DNA from: Gemmatimonadota bacterium
GTDB taxonomy: Bacteria > Gemmatimonadota > Gemmatimonadetes > Palauibacterales > KS3-K002
Direction of reading: 5' to 3'
DNA length: 34,775 nt
Assembly: GCA_039589155.1 (NCBI GenBank)
Contig: JBDHHX010000001.1
Coordinates: 1 to 34,775, forward strand
The translations under genes were made by a program, and so were the position numbers. The notes beneath the pieces were generated by a model. The model was given only the letters and a program-made list of their open reading frames with translations. It ran no database searches and was not told where the DNA came from. Within the stretch, counting starts at the first letter, position 1. Each line of letters opens with the position of its first letter. This document shows, in pieces, positions 33,204 through 34,775 of the stretch.

Positions 33204-33524
33204 TTAGACCGGTTCCATCCTCACCGCGTTTCCGTATACGACGATCTCCGCGGCGCCGCCCATGATGAATGAGGTGGAGAACCGCACGGCTGTTATGCCG
33301 TTGGCGCCGAGATTGTTGGCCTGGGCGATCATGCGATCCAGCGCCTGCTCGCGCGCCTCGGCCATCATCTTCGTGTACTCTTCGATCTCGCCGCCGACTA
33401 TGCCCTTGAGCGCAGCAACGATGTCCTTACCCAGGTGACGTGCGCGGATAGTGTTGCCTCGAACGAGGCCCAGCGTCTCGACGACGCGATAGCCCGCGAC
33501 ATCGGCTGCAGGTGTTATGATCAT
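33204..33524 (-). CDS. ybjQ: YbjQ/UPF0145 family (heavy-metal-binding-domain-like) protein
   Basis: ...GYRVVETLGLVRGNTIRARHLGKDIVAALKGIVGGEIEEYTKMMAEAREQALDRM...GANGITAVRF... is the canonical YbjQ pattern. It has an ATGA overlap with the upstream gene. Confidence 0.8.
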   Translation of the reverse strand: MIITPAADVAGYRVVETLGLVRGNTIRARHLGKDIVAALKGIVGGEIEEYTKMMAEAREQALDRMIAQANNLGANGITAVRFSTSFIMGGAAEIVVYGNAVRMEPV

Positions 33525-33988
33525 CGCTCGACGTCCTTATACCGTTGCTGGCCGCCGATGAGGACTTTCTCTCGAACCACCGACACCAGCAAGACCACCA
33601 GCCCGAACAGCATCGCCACTAGCGCCGCCTTGATGAACCAGGGCAGCGTCGTATCGGCGATCAGCTGTTCCACTCCCTTCCAGGTACCGTACGTGAGCAA
33701 GATGATCGCACCGATTGATGCGAATATCCAGCCTAGGCCACGCTCGAAGCGTTTGTATACGGAGGTCCAGTAGTCGTCCCAGATCTCCGCCGGCGCAGGT
33801 TTGAGTGCCATCGAGTCGGTCACCTCCTTCAACCGCAAGAACCTCTTGCGCTCCTTCTCGAGCTCCGGATCGCCGGCGACGATGCGCTCGAGCTCATCGC
33901 GCTCACCGGCGGCCAGTTCACCGTCCAGCTCCGCCATCATCAGACGGCGCGCCCGCTCGTCGTGCCCCCGGGCTTCGCTATGGCTCAC
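33521..33988 (-). CDS. Putative membrane-anchored anti-sigma factor
   Basis: The gene sits immediately after the ECF sigma gene with a GTGA overlap. It has a charged helical N-terminus and two C-terminal TM helices, with no HxxxCxxC zinc motif. The call rests mostly on position. Confidence 0.5.
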   Translation of the reverse strand: MSHSEARGHDERARRLMMAELDGELAAGERDELERIVAGDPELEKERKRFLRLKEVTDSMALKPAPAEIWDDYWTSVYKRFERGLGWIFASIGAIILLTYGTWKGVEQLIADTTLPWFIKAALVAMLFGLVVLLVSVVREKVLIGGQQRYKDVER

Positions 33989-34620
33989 AGCACATCCTCC
34001 AGTTTTTCGGCGAGGCTCCGGCGGGCGGAGTAAAGCCGCGACATCACCGTTCCGATGGGGATCACCAGCAGCTCGGCGATCTCCCGGTATCGGAGTCCCT
34101 CGAATTCCCTGAGGACCAGCACCTCGCGCTCCCGCTCCGGCAGCTGCTCGATCGCAGCCTCCAGCCGCGCTCGCAGCTCGGATCGCTCCGCCGCACGGCC
34201 GGGATCCGTCGCCGCCGCACGGACGCCCGCCTGTTCTGCCAGAAACGGGGTCGCCAGCTCGAGCTTCTTGACCCGCGTTCGCCGGTCACGGATGTGGTTG
34301 AAGCAGAGGCGCCGCACGATCTGGTAGATCCAGGCATAGAACGGCCGGTCGGGATCCAGCGATTCCCGAGCCCGGTAGGCCCTGGCGAACGCCTCCTGCG
34401 AAAGGTCGAGCGCGTCATCGTGCGAGCCGACGAGGCCGAGCGCCACGTAATAGGCGCGCCGCATATAGATCGTCACCAGCTCGCCGAACGCCTCGCGGTC
34501 GCCCTCACGGGCGGCCGCCACCAGCGCGCGCTCGCTGTCTTCCCGCTCTCCCGTCACCGGGGTCTGTGTCAAAGCGATCTCCACGGAAATCTCCGCGTTA
34601 CCGGTCCCTGTTCTAGCCAT
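33985..34620 (-). CDS. ECF-type RNA polymerase sigma-70 family factor
   Basis: Region 2 reads FGELVTIYMRRAYYVALGLVGSHDDALDLSQEAF. Region 4 HTH reads REVLVLREFEGLRYREIAELLVIPIGTVMSRLYSARRSL. Confidence 0.85.
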   Translation of the reverse strand: MARTGTGNAEISVEIALTQTPVTGEREDSERALVAAAREGDREAFGELVTIYMRRAYYVALGLVGSHDDALDLSQEAFARAYRARESLDPDRPFYAWIYQIVRRLCFNHIRDRRTRVKKLELATPFLAEQAGVRAAATDPGRAAERSELRARLEAAIEQLPEREREVLVLREFEGLRYREIAELLVIPIGTVMSRLYSARRSLAEKLEDVL

Positions 34621-34685
34621 ACACGCGGGGCCGGCCTCTTATTCGCGGATCGGGCTACAGGGAGATTGGCACTTTGTCATGTGAG

Positions 34686-34771
34686 ATTCAACAGCCGACA
34701 GCCGACAGCCATCGCTCGACATGTTGGTATTCAACAGCCGACAGCCAGCAGCCATCGCTCGACGTCCAGGT
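34686..34771. repeat. Two tandem copies of a ~43-bp unit (35-bp near-identical core) at the window edge, upstream of the ECF sigma gene
   Basis: The cores are ATTCAACAGCCGACAGCCGACAGCCATCGCTCGAC (34686..34720) and ATTCAACAGCCGACAGCCAGCAGCCATCGCTCGAC (34729..34763), matching at 33/35 positions. Each core contains ACAGCCG heptad iterations. Confidence 0.7.
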
Positions 34772-34775
34772 TGTA

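Noticed and set aside
34686-34771. Possibility that the edge repeats are a CRISPR array
   Set aside because: The 35-bp cores are separated by only 8 bp, so there are no spacers. The cores are internally heptad-repetitive rather than palindromic, and there are no cas genes.
1-34775. Search for mobile elements, integrases, tRNA/rRNA genes and known defence-system hallmarks
   Set aside because: I recognised no transposase, integrase or recombinase motifs, terminal inverted repeats, tRNA-like cloverleaf segments in the >100-bp intergenic regions, or nuclease/ATPase defence-gene signatures.

Overview
High-GC (roughly two-thirds G+C by eye) bacterial chromosomal segment. It is densely coding, with about 35 genes, many joined by ATGA/GTGA stop-start overlaps. 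I found no rRNA, tRNA, CRISPR array, transposase or integrase. Most long ORFs in the track that lie antisense to, or extend upstream of, recognisable genes are high-GC artefacts. Gene content from left to right: a pilin-like pair behind a sigma54-type promoter; a glycogen-debranching-type hydrolase; a DUF411/CopG metal-binding gene interrupted by an in-frame TGA; a PA0069-type radical SAM gene; a secreted HExxH protein / CBM9-like / six-hairpin glycosidase operon; galK; egtD fused in operon to a molybdopterin-oxidoreductase::cysteine-desulfurase fusion; a YitJ-type homocysteine methyltransferase/MTHFR behind a riboswitch-like leader; a beta-barrel::cupredoxin protein; a serine hydrolase; a four-gene methyltransferase / FAD-reductase / SRPBCC / ketosynthase cluster; a SUFU-like protein; an OMP; a five-gene membrane/redox operon ending in kynB; pfk; and an ECF sigma / anti-sigma / YbjQ / alpha-beta hydrolase operon. 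The best leads are: (1) egtD plus the MopB::NifS fusion, which matches the rare O2-independent metallopterin-dependent ergothioneine synthase architecture; (2) a TGA at the first Cys of the conserved CxCC motif of DUF411, a candidate selenoprotein; (3) a compact ketosynthase + SRPBCC + FAD enzyme + methyltransferase cluster with no ACP or type III PKS, a possible uncharacterised phenolic-lipid/quinone-like pathway; (4) a SAM-II-like pseudoknot plus intrinsic terminator leader upstream of the yitJ homologue. All functional calls come from motif recognition by eye and no database search was run.
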